Below, piece after piece: positions 19,806 to 30,689 of a DNA stretch of 64,000 nt. Below the pieces are notes generated by a model. That model made no database searches, was not told the origin of the DNA, and saw nothing but the letters and a program-made list of their open reading frames with translations. Source of the DNA: an uncultured Candidatus Rokubacteria bacterium (GTDB taxonomy: Bacteria > Methylomirabilota > Methylomirabilia > Rokubacteriales > CSP1-6). Numbering within the stretch: the stretch's first letter is position 1; each line of letters begins with the position of its first letter. The translations under genes and the position numbers were made by a program. The stretch spans positions 352,001-416,000 of the forward strand of contig CAVWFS010000018.1 in assembly GCA_963754315.1 (NCBI GenBank), read 5' to 3'.

Positions 19806-21884
19806 ATGACGATCGAGATTGGAAAGATTCGCAACGTCGGCGTCGTCGGTCACGGCGGCGTGGGCAAGACGACGCTCGTGGAGTCCCTGCTCTTCGCAAC
19901 CGGAGCCGTCACTCGTCTCGGGCGAACGGACGACGGCACAACCACTACCGACTTCGACCCCGATGAAATCAAGCGGAAGATCTCCATCAACGCGGCGGTC
20001 GCCTACGTCGACTGGAAAGGGCATCGCATCAATTTCGTCGACACGCCCGGTTACGGCGATTTTATCTCGGAGGCTCGGGCCGGGCTCCGAGTGGTGGAGG
20101 CCGCCCTCGTCGTCGTCGACGCGGTGGCCGGTGTGCAGGTCCAGACCGAGAAGGTCTGGAAATTCGCCCACGAGTATGAGCTGCCCCGGGCGGTTGTCGT
20201 CAACCGTCTGGACCGTGAGCGGGCCGACTTCTACCGAACCCTGGAATCGCTGAGCCGCCGCCTCAAGGGCCGGCTCGTTCCGATCCAGATTCCGATCGGG
20301 GAGGAAGCTGGGTTTTCCGGCGTGGTCGACCTGGTGACCATGAAGGCGACTGTGTATGCGGACGGGAAGCCCAAAGAAACTGACATTCCTCCCACCCTGG
20401 TCGACCGAGTCAAGGAGTATCGTGAAAAGCTCGTAGAGGCCGCGGCCGAGACCGACGATGACCTCCTGAACAAGTACCTGGAAGAGGGAGCCCTGGGGGA
20501 GGCCGAGGTTGTTCAGGCTCTACGCACGGGTATCACGACCGGCAAAATCATTCCTGTGCTCTGCGCGGCGGCCGCCAAGTCTATCGGCAGCCAGGTCTTG
20601 CTCGATCTGATCGTCGAAGACTTCCCGTCACCCCTCGACGCCAAGGACATCGCAGGCGTCGACGGCAAGACCAAGCAAACGAGCACGCGGGCCGTGGAGA
20701 CCAAGGCGCCGGTCACCGCGCTCGTCTTCAAAACGCTCTCCGATCCGCACGTGGGCAAGCTGTCCCTCTTTCGCGTCTACACGGGTACCCTCCGATCGGA
20801 CTCGACCCTCCTCAACGTCTCTCGAGGTGGCCGAGAGCGCATGGGACACATCGCCTGGCTTCAGGGAAAGAATCAGAAGGCGACAGAGACCTTGGGCCCC
20901 GGTGAGATCGGAGTGGTGGCAAAGCTGAAGGACACCCTCACCGGGGATACCCTCGGAGAGGAGGCGGCCCCCTTCGAGCTGCCGCGCATCACCTTCCCGG
21001 AGGCCGCCATCTCGTTTGCCATCCAGCCCAAGACGCGCGGCGACGAGGACAAGATCTCCAACGCCCTGGCCCGCATCGCCGAGGAAGATCCGACCGTCCA
21101 CTACCACTTCGACCCCGAGACGAAGCAGCTCCTTGTGTCGGGGGTGGGCAGCCTCCACGTGGAGCTCGTCGTCGAGCGTATGAAGCGAAAGTACAACGTC
21201 GACGTCAACCTGCTCCCGCCGCGCATTCCTTACAAAGAAACGGTCAAGGGACGATCTGAGGGACAGGGTAAGTACAAGAAGCAGACAGGCGGCCGGGGCC
21301 AGTACGGTGATGTGTGGCTGAAGGTGGAGCCGCTCCAGCGTGCGAGCGGCTTCGAGTTCGTGGATGACATCTTCGGGGGAGCGGTGCCCCGTAACTACAT
21401 CCCCTCCGTGGAGAAGGGGGTCCGCGACTGTATGAAGAAAGGGATCCTGGCGGGCTATCCGGTGGTGGATCTCAAGGTTACCCTCTACGACGGCACGTAC
21501 CACGACGTGGACTCGTCGGACATGGCCTTCCAGATCGCGGCCTCCATGGGCCTGCAGAAGGTGTTCATGGAGGCCCACCCTATCCTTCTGGAACCCATCA
21601 TGAACGTCGAGGTGACGACACCGTCCGACGTGGCCGGTGACATTATCGGCGACCTCAACTCACGACGCGGCCGGATCGTCGGCATGGAGCCCGCCGGCGA
21701 GACGTCGCTCGTGCGCGCCCAGGTCCCCATGGCCGAGATGCTGACCTATGAGTCGTCGTTGCGCTCCATGAGCGGTGGGCGCGGGGGCTATTCCATGGAA
21801 TTCGCCCACTACGAGGAGGTGCCGGCGTTCCTCGCCGACAAGATCATCAAGGAGGCCAAAGCCGAGAAGGCCGAGAAGCACTGA
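19806..21884 (+). CDS. fusA: Elongation factor G paralog (EF-G2-like)
   Basis: GHGGVGKT, DTPGYGDF, KKQTGGRGQYGDV and YHDVDSSDMAF motifs; not in an rpsL-rpsG operon. Confidence 0.92.
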   Translation: MTIEIGKIRNVGVVGHGGVGKTTLVESLLFATGAVTRLGRTDDGTTTTDFDPDEIKRKISINAAVAYVDWKGHRINFVDTPGYGDFISEARAGLRVVEAALVVVDAVAGVQVQTEKVWKFAHEYELPRAVVVNRLDRERADFYRTLESLSRRLKGRLVPIQIPIGEEAGFSGVVDLVTMKATVYADGKPKETDIPPTLVDRVKEYREKLVEAAAETDDDLLNKYLEEGALGEAEVVQALRTGITTGKIIPVLCAAAAKSIGSQVLLDLIVEDFPSPLDAKDIAGVDGKTKQTSTRAVETKAPVTALVFKTLSDPHVGKLSLFRVYTGTLRSDSTLLNVSRGGRERMGHIAWLQGKNQKATETLGPGEIGVVAKLKDTLTGDTLGEEAAPFELPRITFPEAAISFAIQPKTRGDEDKISNALARIAEEDPTVHYHFDPETKQLLVSGVGSLHVELVVERMKRKYNVDVNLLPPRIPYKETVKGRSEGQGKYKKQTGGRGQYGDVWLKVEPLQRASGFEFVDDIFGGAVPRNYIPSVEKGVRDCMKKGILAGYPVVDLKVTLYDGTYHDVDSSDMAFQIAASMGLQKVFMEAHPILLEPIMNVEVTTPSDVAGDIIGDLNSRRGRIVGMEPAGETSLVRAQVPMAEMLTYESSLRSMSGGRGGYSMEFAHYEEVPAFLADKIIKEAKAEKAEKH

Positions 21885-21896
21885 CCGAGAGGCGAC

Positions 21897-22812
21897 CTAC
21901 TTCGAGCCGCGCAGCCTCGGGTCGAGCACGTCGCGCAGCGCGTCGCCCAGCATATTGAAGCCGAACACGGCCAGGGAAATGGCCACCCCTGGCCACACGG
22001 CCATCCAGGGGGCGCGGAACATGTACGTGCGGCCCGACCCGGAGAGCATCGAACCCCACGAGGGATAGGGCGGCGGCACCCCGAACCCGAGGAAGGACAG
22101 CGCCGATTCGGCCAGGATGGCCGCTCCCAGGCCGATGGTGGCCAGGATGATGATGGTGGCCACCACGTTGGGAAGAATGTGGCGCACGATGATGCGGCGC
22201 GTGGCCACAGCCCATGGCCCGCGCCGCCTCCACGAAGGAATGCTGGGCCACCGCGATGGTCGTCCCCCGGATCACCCGCGAGTTGGTGGCGGTGATGATC
22301 AGCGAGAGCGAGAGGACCACGTTGAGCAGACCCGGCCCCAGGACGGCCATGACCGACAGGACGATGATCAAGTAGGGAAACGAGAGCCAGGCGTCCACGA
22401 CCCGCTGGACGACCAGATCGTACGCGCCCCCGAAATAGCCGCTCGATACGCCGAGCGCGGTGGCCATCAAGGTGGCCAGGCCGATGGTCAGGAATCCGAC
22501 AGTGACGGACACCCGCGCGCCGTAGACGATCCGACTCCACATGTCGCGGCTGAGATTGTCGGTCCCGAGCCAGTGGGTGGCGCTGGGCGACTTCATGCGG
22601 GCGCCGCGGACCGTTTCATCGTAGCCGTACGGCGCGATCCGCTCGGCGAAGACGGCCATGACCAGCATGGCCACCACCAGGAGGCCTCCGATAGCCCCCA
22701 GCGGTTTGCGCCGTACGAATCGCAGGAGGCCCACCAGGGCTCGCCCGATTCGGCGGGAGGCCCCGGCGGTAGTCGGACCGGTAGTCTCGAAGGCAGGCGG
22801 CGCTTGCGCCAC
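21897..22812 (-). CDS. Peptide/nickel ABC permease (DppC-like), frameshifted near 22200
   Basis: HWLGTDNLSRDMWSRIVYGARVS, then FVEAARAMG; RHILPNV...AESALSFLG...GDALRDVLDP follows in another frame. Confidence 0.85.
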
Positions 22813-22834
22813 CCCGGCCGGAGCGCCGGCGAGC

Positions 22835-23779
22835 CTAGTAGCGGATTCGCGGATCGAGGACGGCATAGAGGGCGTCCACGGTGAGGTTGACCAGGATGAC
22901 GGCCGAGACCACGACCAAGTTCACGCCCTGGATCACCGGATAGTCTCTTTGGTTGATGGCGTCGAACAGAAAGCGGCTCATGCCAGGCAATCCGAAGATC
23001 GTCTCGATGATGACGGTGCCGCCGATGATCTGGGGCAGCTGGGTGCCGAGGAGCGTCACCACCGGAATGATGGCGTTGCGCAGGCTGTGCTTGGCCACGA
23101 TGATGCCCTCCCCCAGGCCCTTGGCCCACGCGGTGCGCACGTAGTCCTGACGCAGCACTTCGAGCAGCATGCCCCGCGTGAGCCGCATGAGGGCGGCCGC
23201 CGAGGCGATGCCGAGGATGAGGGCGGGGAGCAGGAGCTGGCCGATGTGCCCCCACGGATCCTTGGAGAACTCGGTGAACCCCGTCAGGGGGCGCCACCCC
23301 CACCAGATGGCGGGCAGCACGATGAGCAGGGTCGCGAGCCAGAAGCCCGGAACGGACAGCCCGAGGATGGCCGCGCTCCGAGCCACATAATCGCGCACGG
23401 TGTCCTGGCGCGTGGCCGAGAGAATGCCCACCGGAATCGCGATGAGCAGGGCGATCACAATGGCCAGCAAGGCAAGCTCGAGGGTGATGGGAAGTCGGCG
23501 CCCGATCTCCTCAATGACCGGCCGCTTGGTCCACAGAGACTCGCCGAGGTTCCCCCGTATGGCCCGGCCCGCCCACTCGAAGTACTGGATGTACAGCGGG
23601 CGACTCAACCCGAGCTTCTCGCGCAGCTCCTCGATATCCTTGGCATAGGCCTTTTCCTCGAGCATGAGTTGCACCACGTCGCCCGGAATGAGGCGCGGCA
23701 GGGTGAACACGATGAGCGAGGCGATGAGGAGCGAGGGGACGGCGATGAACAACCGCTTGACGAGATAGCGTCGCAGCAT
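22835..23779 (-). CDS. Peptide/nickel ABC permease (DppB-like)
   Basis: EVLRQDYVRTAWAKGL, HSLRNAIIPV and RDYPVIQG...DPRIRY motifs. Confidence 0.92.
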   Translation of the reverse strand: MLRRYLVKRLFIAVPSLLIASLIVFTLPRLIPGDVVQLMLEEKAYAKDIEELREKLGLSRPLYIQYFEWAGRAIRGNLGESLWTKRPVIEEIGRRLPITLELALLAIVIALLIAIPVGILSATRQDTVRDYVARSAAILGLSVPGFWLATLLIVLPAIWWGWRPLTGFTEFSKDPWGHIGQLLLPALILGIASAAALMRLTRGMLLEVLRQDYVRTAWAKGLGEGIIVAKHSLRNAIIPVVTLLGTQLPQIIGGTVIIETIFGLPGMSRFLFDAINQRDYPVIQGVNLVVVSAVILVNLTVDALYAVLDPRIRY

Positions 23780-23868
23780 GCCGGATTACGCCGGGCGGGA
23801 GGGCCGGGACGTTGCCCGTTCCCTCCTTTCCCGTGCCACGAGGCTTTCCGGCGATAGGACCACGAGGA

Positions 23869-25494
23869 TCAGCGATCGAGCCAGGCGGCGGTGACGCGCC
23901 CGCCCCAGTCGTAGCCGAGGTTCGGTCCGTAGTTCTTGAGGGCACCGTCCCAGACGGCGATGATGGTGGTGCCGGAGGTCGCCACGTAGTACTGCTGCCT
24001 GGCCAGGTAGCGCTGGATCTCGTGAATGATCTCGCGGCGCTTGGCCACATCGTACGTCCGTCGCTGCCGCACCAGCATGTCGGCCAGGACGGGGTCGTTG
24101 ATGTGGCTCTGGTTCTTCGGCTCCCCCGGGTAGTACTGGGCGAACAGGAAGTTATCGGGATCCAGGAACGGCGTCTGCGGCCCGTACGTCATCGAGGGGA
24201 AATTGCCGTTGAAGCAGCTGGCGATGTAGGCTCCGTACTCCTTCTGATCGAGCTTCGGCTCGATACCGACATCCTTGAGGTACTTGAGCACGAGCTGCAT
24301 CGAGTCGACCAGGATGGTCGATCCGTAGGTGGTGAAGCACACAGTCGCCGGAAATCCGTTCGGATAGCCGGCGGCCGCCAGCAACCGCTTGGCCTCGGCC
24401 GGATCGTGCCGGTAGTACTTCGCTCCCTCCCCGAGCTGGCTGACGGGCAACGACCAGTCCTTGAGCCCGGCCGGTACCGGAGGGTTGGGGACACCCACGC
24501 CCTCGGCCACCGCGTCGAGGATGCCTTGGCGGTCGATGGCGAGGGAGATGGCCTGGCGCACGCGAGGGTCGCTGAAGGGCTTCTGGTCGGTGCGCATCGA
24601 GATGTGGGTCAGCTGGTTCGACGCGAACTCCAAGGTCTGCAGATTCGGCCGCTTCTGCTTGAGCGTGTCCTTGATCTGCACCCAGTCCGTACGATTGATA
24701 ATGCCCGGGTTCTCCCATCCGATGTCGTACTTGCCGGTGAGGAAGGCCGCGATGCGGGAGGCGTTGTCCTCGTCGACGGAGACCTCGACGCGGTCGATGT
24801 ACGGCAGCCCCGCCTGGAAATAGGTGGGGTTGCGCACGAGCGTATAGCCCTGGTTGGGACGGTAGCTGTCGAGCATCCAGGGCCCGGTGCCGATCACCGC
24901 CTCCGGCTTCTTGAGGTCGCCGAACTTGTCCACGACCTCCTTGGCCACGATGGCCACCGCCATCGGCGAGGCCAGCATGTCGAGCAGCCACGCGAAGGGT
25001 TCTTTCAGGGTGATGCGGACCGTGTACTTGTCGAGGGCCTCCACCTTGTCGATGGACTTCAGCATGTAGGCGTTGGAGTTGCCCTTGACGGTCAGGAAGC
25101 GTTCCAGACTGTACTTGACGTCGTCGGCCGTCAGCTCCCGGCCGTTGACGGGGGGCTTGTTGTGCCAGCGCACCCCGCGCCGCAGCTTGAAGACATAGGT
25201 CGTGTCGTTGGGCTGTGTCCAGGACTCCGCCAGGTCGCCTTCCAGGGGGAACGTACCGGGGGCGATGGCCGGTCCTGCCTTCTGCTTCACCAGACGGCTG
25301 TGGGTGAAGGAGAGCGCGATGTTGGTCTTGTACGAGATGATCGTCATGTGATCGAAGTGGGGCGGGTCCCACAGGCGCAGGGAGAGCGTGCCCCCGCGCT
25401 TGGGGGTCTGGGCGCGGGCAACGGCGGGGCCCAGGGCAACCCCGGCCACGGTGGTACCACCGAGCTTCAGCAGGTCACGACGGGTCAGATCCAT
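23869..25494 (-). CDS. Family-5 ABC substrate-binding protein, Tat signal (copy 2)
   Basis: Own RBS (AAGGAG) and start MDLTRRDLLK; LAESW..P..T.YVFKLR.GV.W and IGTGPW motifs. Confidence 0.9.
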   Translation of the reverse strand: MDLTRRDLLKLGGTTVAGVALGPAVARAQTPKRGGTLSLRLWDPPHFDHMTIISYKTNIALSFTHSRLVKQKAGPAIAPGTFPLEGDLAESWTQPNDTTYVFKLRRGVRWHNKPPVNGRELTADDVKYSLERFLTVKGNSNAYMLKSIDKVEALDKYTVRITLKEPFAWLLDMLASPMAVAIVAKEVVDKFGDLKKPEAVIGTGPWMLDSYRPNQGYTLVRNPTYFQAGLPYIDRVEVSVDEDNASRIAAFLTGKYDIGWENPGIINRTDWVQIKDTLKQKRPNLQTLEFASNQLTHISMRTDQKPFSDPRVRQAISLAIDRQGILDAVAEGVGVPNPPVPAGLKDWSLPVSQLGEGAKYYRHDPAEAKRLLAAAGYPNGFPATVCFTTYGSTILVDSMQLVLKYLKDVGIEPKLDQKEYGAYIASCFNGNFPSMTYGPQTPFLDPDNFLFAQYYPGEPKNQSHINDPVLADMLVRQRRTYDVAKRREIIHEIQRYLARQQYYVATSGTTIIAVWDGALKNYGPNLGYDWGGRVTAAWLDR

Positions 25495-25511
25495 TCCGAA
25501 GCGTTCTCCTT

Positions 25512-27138
25512 TTAGCGATCGAGCCAGGCGGCCGTCAGGCGGCCACCGTAGTCGTAGCCCAGGTTGGGCCCGTAGTTCTTGACGGCGCCGTCCCACGCGG
25601 CGACGTAGACGACCGACGGCATCTGCACGTAGTACTGCTGCTTGGCCAGGTGGCGCTGGATGTCGTAGATGACGTCGCGGCGCTTGGCCAGGTCGAACGT
25701 CCGCCGCTGGCGCACGAGCATGTCGGCCACCACCGGGTCGTTGATGTGGCTCTGGTTCTTGAGCTCCCCCGGGTAGTACTGGCCGAACAGGAAGTTGTCG
25801 GGCTCCAGGAACGGGGTCTGCGGGCCGATAGGTCAGCGACTCGAACTTACCGTAGAAGCAGGTCGAGATGTAGGCCCCGTACTCCTTGGTATCGACCTTG
25901 GCGTCGATCCCCACGTCCTTCAGGTCCTTGACCACGAGCTGCATCGAGTCCATGAGGATGGAGGACCCATAGCCGTGGAAGCACATGCTGGCCGGAAAGC
26001 CGTTGGGATGACCAGCGGCCGCCAGCAGTCGTTTGGCCTCCGCCTTGTCGTGCTTGTAGTATTTCGCGCCCTCTCCGAGCTGGGCCATGGGAATCGACCA
26101 ATCCTTGAGGGCGGCCGGTACAGGCGGGTTGTAGACGCCCACACCCTCGTAGACCGAATCGATGATGCCCTGACGGTCGATGGCCAGCGACATAGCCTGC
26201 CGGACTCTCGGGTCGTTGAACGGTGGTTTGTCCGTGCGCATCGAGATGTGGTTCATCACGTTCGCGGGAAACTCGGCGGTGCGAAGGTTTGGCCGCCGCT
26301 GCTTGAGAGTGTCCTTGATCTGCACCCAGTCGGTGCGGTTGATTTGGCCGGGGAATTCCCAGCCGAGGTCGTACTTACCAGCCAGGAAGGCGGACATACG
26401 GGAGGCGTTGTCCTCGTCGACGAACATCTCCACGCGGTCGATGTAGGGCAGCCCCGCCACGAAGTAAGTCGGGTTGCGCACGAAGGTGAGGCCGACGTTC
26501 GGCTTGTAGGTGTCGAGCATCCAGGGCCCGGTACCCACCACCGACTCCGGCTTCTTGAGATCGCCGAACTTCTCCACGCATTCACGGGCAACGATGGCAA
26601 CCGCCATTGGATTGGCTAGCACGTCCAGGAACCAGGCGAAGGGCTGCTTGAGCGTGAAGCGCACGGTGTGGCGATCGACGGCCTCGACCTTGTCCACGTC
26701 CTTCAGCATGTACGCGTTGGCGTTGCCCTTCACGGTGAGGAAGCGGTTCACCGTGTAGACCACGTCGTCAGCCGTCAGCTCGCGGCCGTTCACGGGAGGC
26801 TTGTTCTGCCACCGCACGCCGGGCCGCAGCTTGAAGACATACGTCGTCTCGTTCGGCTGACTCCACGACTCGGCCAGGTCTCCCTCGATCGGGAAGGTGC
26901 CGGGCTGAACGGCGGGCCCCGCCTTGTGCTTGAGCAGCCGGCTATGGGTGAAGGTGTAGGGGATGTGCGTCTTGAAGGCGATGGTCAGCATGGGGTCAAA
27001 GTGGGCAGGGTCCCACGTCCGGAGGGCGAGGGTGCCGCCGCGCTTCGGCGCTTGACCGAGGGCAATCTGGGGGGACAGCGAGGCCGCGGTGAGGGTGGCA
27101 CCGCCAAGGGCCAGGAGATCACGGCGAGTCAGGGTCAT
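25512..27138 (-). CDS. Family-5 ABC substrate-binding protein, Tat signal (copy 1), frameshifted near 25828
   Basis: Starts MTLTRRDLL. Removing one base at LTY restores GPQTPFLEPDNFLF...AAWLDR (stop at 25512), matching the end of copy 2. Confidence 0.88.
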
Positions 27139-27355
27139 CAGGTCCTCCTTTGGAACCGCCTCGTCAATGAGGGCACAGTCCTAACTGCCCGGGGCCGGAC
27201 GAAGTTGCCGGATAATACCCTGGCCGCCGGGCCCCTCCAAACGGATTCCGCCTGGATGACGCAAAGCGCAATCGGAGAAGGAGGTGGGATCGGTCCGGAG
27301 CCTTCGACGGCTTCGACGGCATTGTGCTAAGGTTCGGCAGCCGGGGAGGAGAACG

Positions 27356-28624
27356 ATGACGAGTGTGTCACGGCGACGGTTCCTGAGTGTGTCCGGAGCC
27401 GCGCTTGGATGGGCAACTCTGGCAGGAGTGGCGGGCTGCGCGTCGTCGATGCGGGGCGACTTCGCCCCCAAGCGCGGCAAGCGCGTGGTCGTGATCGGGG
27501 GCGGCTGGGGCGGGGCCACGGCATCGAAGTATGTGCGCCTGGCGGATCCCTCGACAGAGGTGATCCTGCTCGAGCCGAACAAGCAGTTCATCTCGTGCCC
27601 GATGAGCAATTTGGTCCTGAGCGGGGTGCGGACGATCGAGAGCTTGACTATCTCGTACGACGGGCTGCGCCGGCACGGGGTCAAGGTCATGCACGAGCGA
27701 GCGTTGGCGCTCGATCCGGCCGCGCGCCGAGTCCGGGTAGGGGAAGGCTATCTCGAGTACGACCGGCTCATCCTCTCGCCGGGTATCGACTTCCAGTGGG
27801 ACCAGGTCCAGGGGCTCGCGGAAGCGCAAGACGTCGTCCTGAATGCGTGGAAGGCGGGCCCCCAGACGGTGGCGTTGGCGTCGCAGATCCAGTCCATGGC
27901 GGACGGTGGTGTCTTCGTGATGACGGTTCCCCCGGCCGCCTACCGGTGCCCGCCCGGTCCCTACGAGCGGGTTTGCCAGGTGGGATGGTACCTGAAGAAC
28001 CACAAACCAAAATCCAAGCTCATCGTCCTGGACGCCAATCCGAACATCGTGTCCAAGGCGGCACTGTTTCGGGAGGCGTGGAAAGCCTATCCCAGCATCG
28101 ACTACCGGCCCTCCAGCAAGGTGGTGAAGGTTGACGTGAGCACACGCACGGTGAGCACAGAGCTCGGTGACAGCGTGAAGTATGACGTGTTGAACCTGAT
28201 TCCGCCCCAGCGGGCGGCCGCCATCGCGGTGGAGGCCGACCTGGTGGGCGGCGACCGGCGCTGGTGCGAAGTCGACCATATTACCTATGAATCGGTGAAA
28301 GCCAAGAACGTCCACGTTATCGGCGATTGCACCATCGGCATTCCGGTACCGAAGTCGGGCACCGTTGCCAACGCCATGGGAAAAATCTGCGCCAACGCTG
28401 TGGTCAGCCTCGTCAACGGCCGGCCCGTGATTCCGATGGCACCCATCAACGTGTGCTACAGCTGGGTCAACGATCGGGAAGCCGTGGCCGTGATCAATGC
28501 GTACCGGCTGGAGAACAGCAAGGTCGTCCAGATCGAGCAGAAGCTGACACCAGGGCAGTCGGTAGCATTCGGCGAGAACGCCTTGAGCTGGGCACAGAGC
28601 ATTTGGGGTGACGTCCTTGGCTAG
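27356..28624 (+). CDS. fccB: Flavocytochrome c sulfide dehydrogenase, flavoprotein subunit (FccB/SoxF)
   Basis: Tat signal SRRRFL; VVVIGGGWGG, SCPMSN, YRCPPGPYER, PKSG..AN and NVCYS motifs. Confidence 0.88.
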   Translation: MTSVSRRRFLSVSGAALGWATLAGVAGCASSMRGDFAPKRGKRVVVIGGGWGGATASKYVRLADPSTEVILLEPNKQFISCPMSNLVLSGVRTIESLTISYDGLRRHGVKVMHERALALDPAARRVRVGEGYLEYDRLILSPGIDFQWDQVQGLAEAQDVVLNAWKAGPQTVALASQIQSMADGGVFVMTVPPAAYRCPPGPYERVCQVGWYLKNHKPKSKLIVLDANPNIVSKAALFREAWKAYPSIDYRPSSKVVKVDVSTRTVSTELGDSVKYDVLNLIPPQRAAAIAVEADLVGGDRRWCEVDHITYESVKAKNVHVIGDCTIGIPVPKSGTVANAMGKICANAVVSLVNGRPVIPMAPINVCYSWVNDREAVAVINAYRLENSKVVQIEQKLTPGQSVAFGENALSWAQSIWGDVLG

Positions 28625-28657
28625 CGACGACGGCTCGAGGACGGCGGGGACGGGACT

Positions 28658-29263
28658 ATGAGAGTGACGCGAGCCAGGCTGAGCGGGCTGCTGGTGTTCG
28701 CCGCCACCCTCGCCGTGGCCGGCGGGGCCGCGGCAGGGCCGCTGGATCCTCCCGGCTACCAGAAGGCGTTTTCCTGCAGCGCGTGCCATGGCTTCGCCGG
28801 CAACAGCCAGACGGCGACCACACCAATCCTGGCCGGCATGGCTCCCTGGTATTTCAAGAAGGCCACCGAGGACTATGCCAGCGGCAAGCGACCGTCGGCA
28901 GAGATGGAGTCGTACGCGAAGATGGTTACCATCCTCGGCGTGGACGAGGTCGCCGCGTACTTTGCGGCCCAACCCAAGCAGCCGAGCCCCATCAAGCTGG
29001 ATCCGGCCGCGGTGGAACGCGGTCGCGCCGCCTCGGCGCCGTGCGTGGTCTGTCACGGGCCGGCCGGCAGAGGCGATCCGAGCCGGCAAGTACCCGACAT
29101 CACGGGTCAGCCGCCAGGCTATCTTCAGCTCCAGATGCTGAAGTTCAAGGCCGATACGCGGAGTCCCCAAGATCCAGCTTTGAAGGCTCTGAAGACGCTG
29201 ATGGCGACGATTCCCGACGCCACCTTGAGCGACTTGGCCGCCTATTATTCGAGCCTGCGCTAG
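28658..29263 (+). CDS. Diheme cytochrome c (c4/FccA-like)
   Basis: Signal peptide; two CxxCH motifs (CSACH, CVVCH); follows fccB. Confidence 0.88.
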   Translation: MRVTRARLSGLLVFAATLAVAGGAAAGPLDPPGYQKAFSCSACHGFAGNSQTATTPILAGMAPWYFKKATEDYASGKRPSAEMESYAKMVTILGVDEVAAYFAAQPKQPSPIKLDPAAVERGRAASAPCVVCHGPAGRGDPSRQVPDITGQPPGYLQLQMLKFKADTRSPQDPALKALKTLMATIPDATLSDLAAYYSSLR

Positions 29264-29326
29264 GCTGGGGCCTGGTCGCCGGCCGCGGGTTCGGGGTGCG
29301 GATGGCGTTGGGCGGCGGCACCACTG

Positions 29327-30187
29327 ATGTCTCCCGACAGCGTTCCGTGGTGGGTGTGGCCGTCGGTCCTCTTCGTCGTTACCTTCGCGCTCGGCCTGGT
29401 GGCGGTGGTGGGTGGGCTCGGCGGCGGGACGATCTTCGTCCCCATCGTGGCGGGATTCTTCCCGTTTCATCTCGACTTCGTGCGGGCGGCCGGGCTTCTC
29501 GTCGCATTGTCCGGCGCGTTGGCGGCCGGGCCCCACCTACTCCGCATGAACCTGGCCGACCTACGGTTGGCCATCCCGATCGCGCTCGTCACCTCCGCTT
29601 CTGCCATCGTGGGGGCACGGGTCGGCCTCGCCCTGCCGACGGCCCTGCTTCAGATCTCGCTGGGACTGATCGTCTTCGGTCTTCTCGCCGTCGTCCTTCT
29701 GGTGCGGCGCGCTGACGTGCCTGAGTCGGCGCAGGGAGACTCCCTCTCACGTTGGCTCGGCATCGAGGGGGTGTACTACGAGGCGACCTTGCAACGTCTG
29801 GTCGAATGGCGCGTGCAGCGGACGGGTCAGGGCCTCGTCCTCTTCGTCTTCATCGGCATCATGGCCGGGATGTTCGGCATTGGTGCGGGTTGGGCCAACG
29901 TCCCCGTCCTGAACTTGGTCATGGGAGTGCCCCTGAAGGTTGCGGCCGGCACCAGCGTCCTCCTGCTCTCGGTCACAGACACGACGGCGGCCTGGATCTA
30001 CCTGCACCAGGGAGCGATCCTGCCGCTGATCGTGGTCCCGTCGGTGCTGGGGGTGATGCTTGGCGCTCGCGTCGGAGTTGGGCTCCTGGACACGGCGAAG
30101 CCGCAGACCGTGCGGGCCATTGTCATCGTGGTCCTCTTCCTGTCGGGTATCCGCTCGCTCCTGAAGGGACTCGAGGTGTGGCCGTGA
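29327..30187 (+). CDS. TauE/SafE-family sulfite/organosulfur exporter
   Basis: GGLGGGTIFVP and GMFGIGAGWANVPVL repeats; multiple TM helices. Confidence 0.88.
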   Translation: MSPDSVPWWVWPSVLFVVTFALGLVAVVGGLGGGTIFVPIVAGFFPFHLDFVRAAGLLVALSGALAAGPHLLRMNLADLRLAIPIALVTSASAIVGARVGLALPTALLQISLGLIVFGLLAVVLLVRRADVPESAQGDSLSRWLGIEGVYYEATLQRLVEWRVQRTGQGLVLFVFIGIMAGMFGIGAGWANVPVLNLVMGVPLKVAAGTSVLLLSVTDTTAAWIYLHQGAILPLIVVPSVLGVMLGARVGVGLLDTAKPQTVRAIVIVVLFLSGIRSLLKGLEVWP

Positions 30188-30603
30188 GACCCGTCGGCCA
30201 CCTTCCGCCGACCCGGGAGGCCCTCCTGTTCGCGCGTACCTTGCAGGTGGGGACCTGGTTGAGCCTGGCCGTTCTCATACTGGCCTTTGCGGGCTACGTG
30301 AGCGGCGCCGTGAGACCGCTGGTGGCCATCGAGGAGCTGCCGAGTGTTTGGGGACTCCGGGCATCAGACTTTGCGGCACGGGCTGGTGTACCCCGGGGCT
30401 GGGGTTGGATCAGCTTGCTCCGCTACGCGGATCTTCAATCCTTGCTGGGGGTGGCGATGCTGGCCGGACTTTCCTTCGTGGCATACCTGACGCTCCTGCC
30501 GGCATTCCTGCGCAAGGGTGACACTCCGTACGCGCTGATCAGCGCCGTTCAGCTGGTCGTCCTGCTCTTGGCCGCGAGCGGCCTCGTCTCGACCGGCCAC
30601 TGA
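30184..30603 (+). CDS. DUF1634-like membrane protein accompanying TauE
   Basis: GTGA overlap with tauE; three TM segments, P.GWGW motif. Confidence 0.7.
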   Translation: MRPVGHLPPTREALLFARTLQVGTWLSLAVLILAFAGYVSGAVRPLVAIEELPSVWGLRASDFAARAGVPRGWGWISLLRYADLQSLLGVAMLAGLSFVAYLTLLPAFLRKGDTPYALISAVQLVVLLLAASGLVSTGH

Positions 30604-30689
30604 GAAGTCTGGCGGGATTGCCGCGGGGGGCGGGCGTAGCCCGAGGCCGACGGACCTCGTAGCGTTGAAGCTCAAGGCAGGGACAGATC

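Noticed and set aside
23869..27138. 1089-aa double-SBP fusion in the ORF track
   Set aside because: The junction is out-of-frame sequence after a +1 indel near 25828; copy 1 has its own stop at 25512 and copy 2 has its own RBS and Tat signal.
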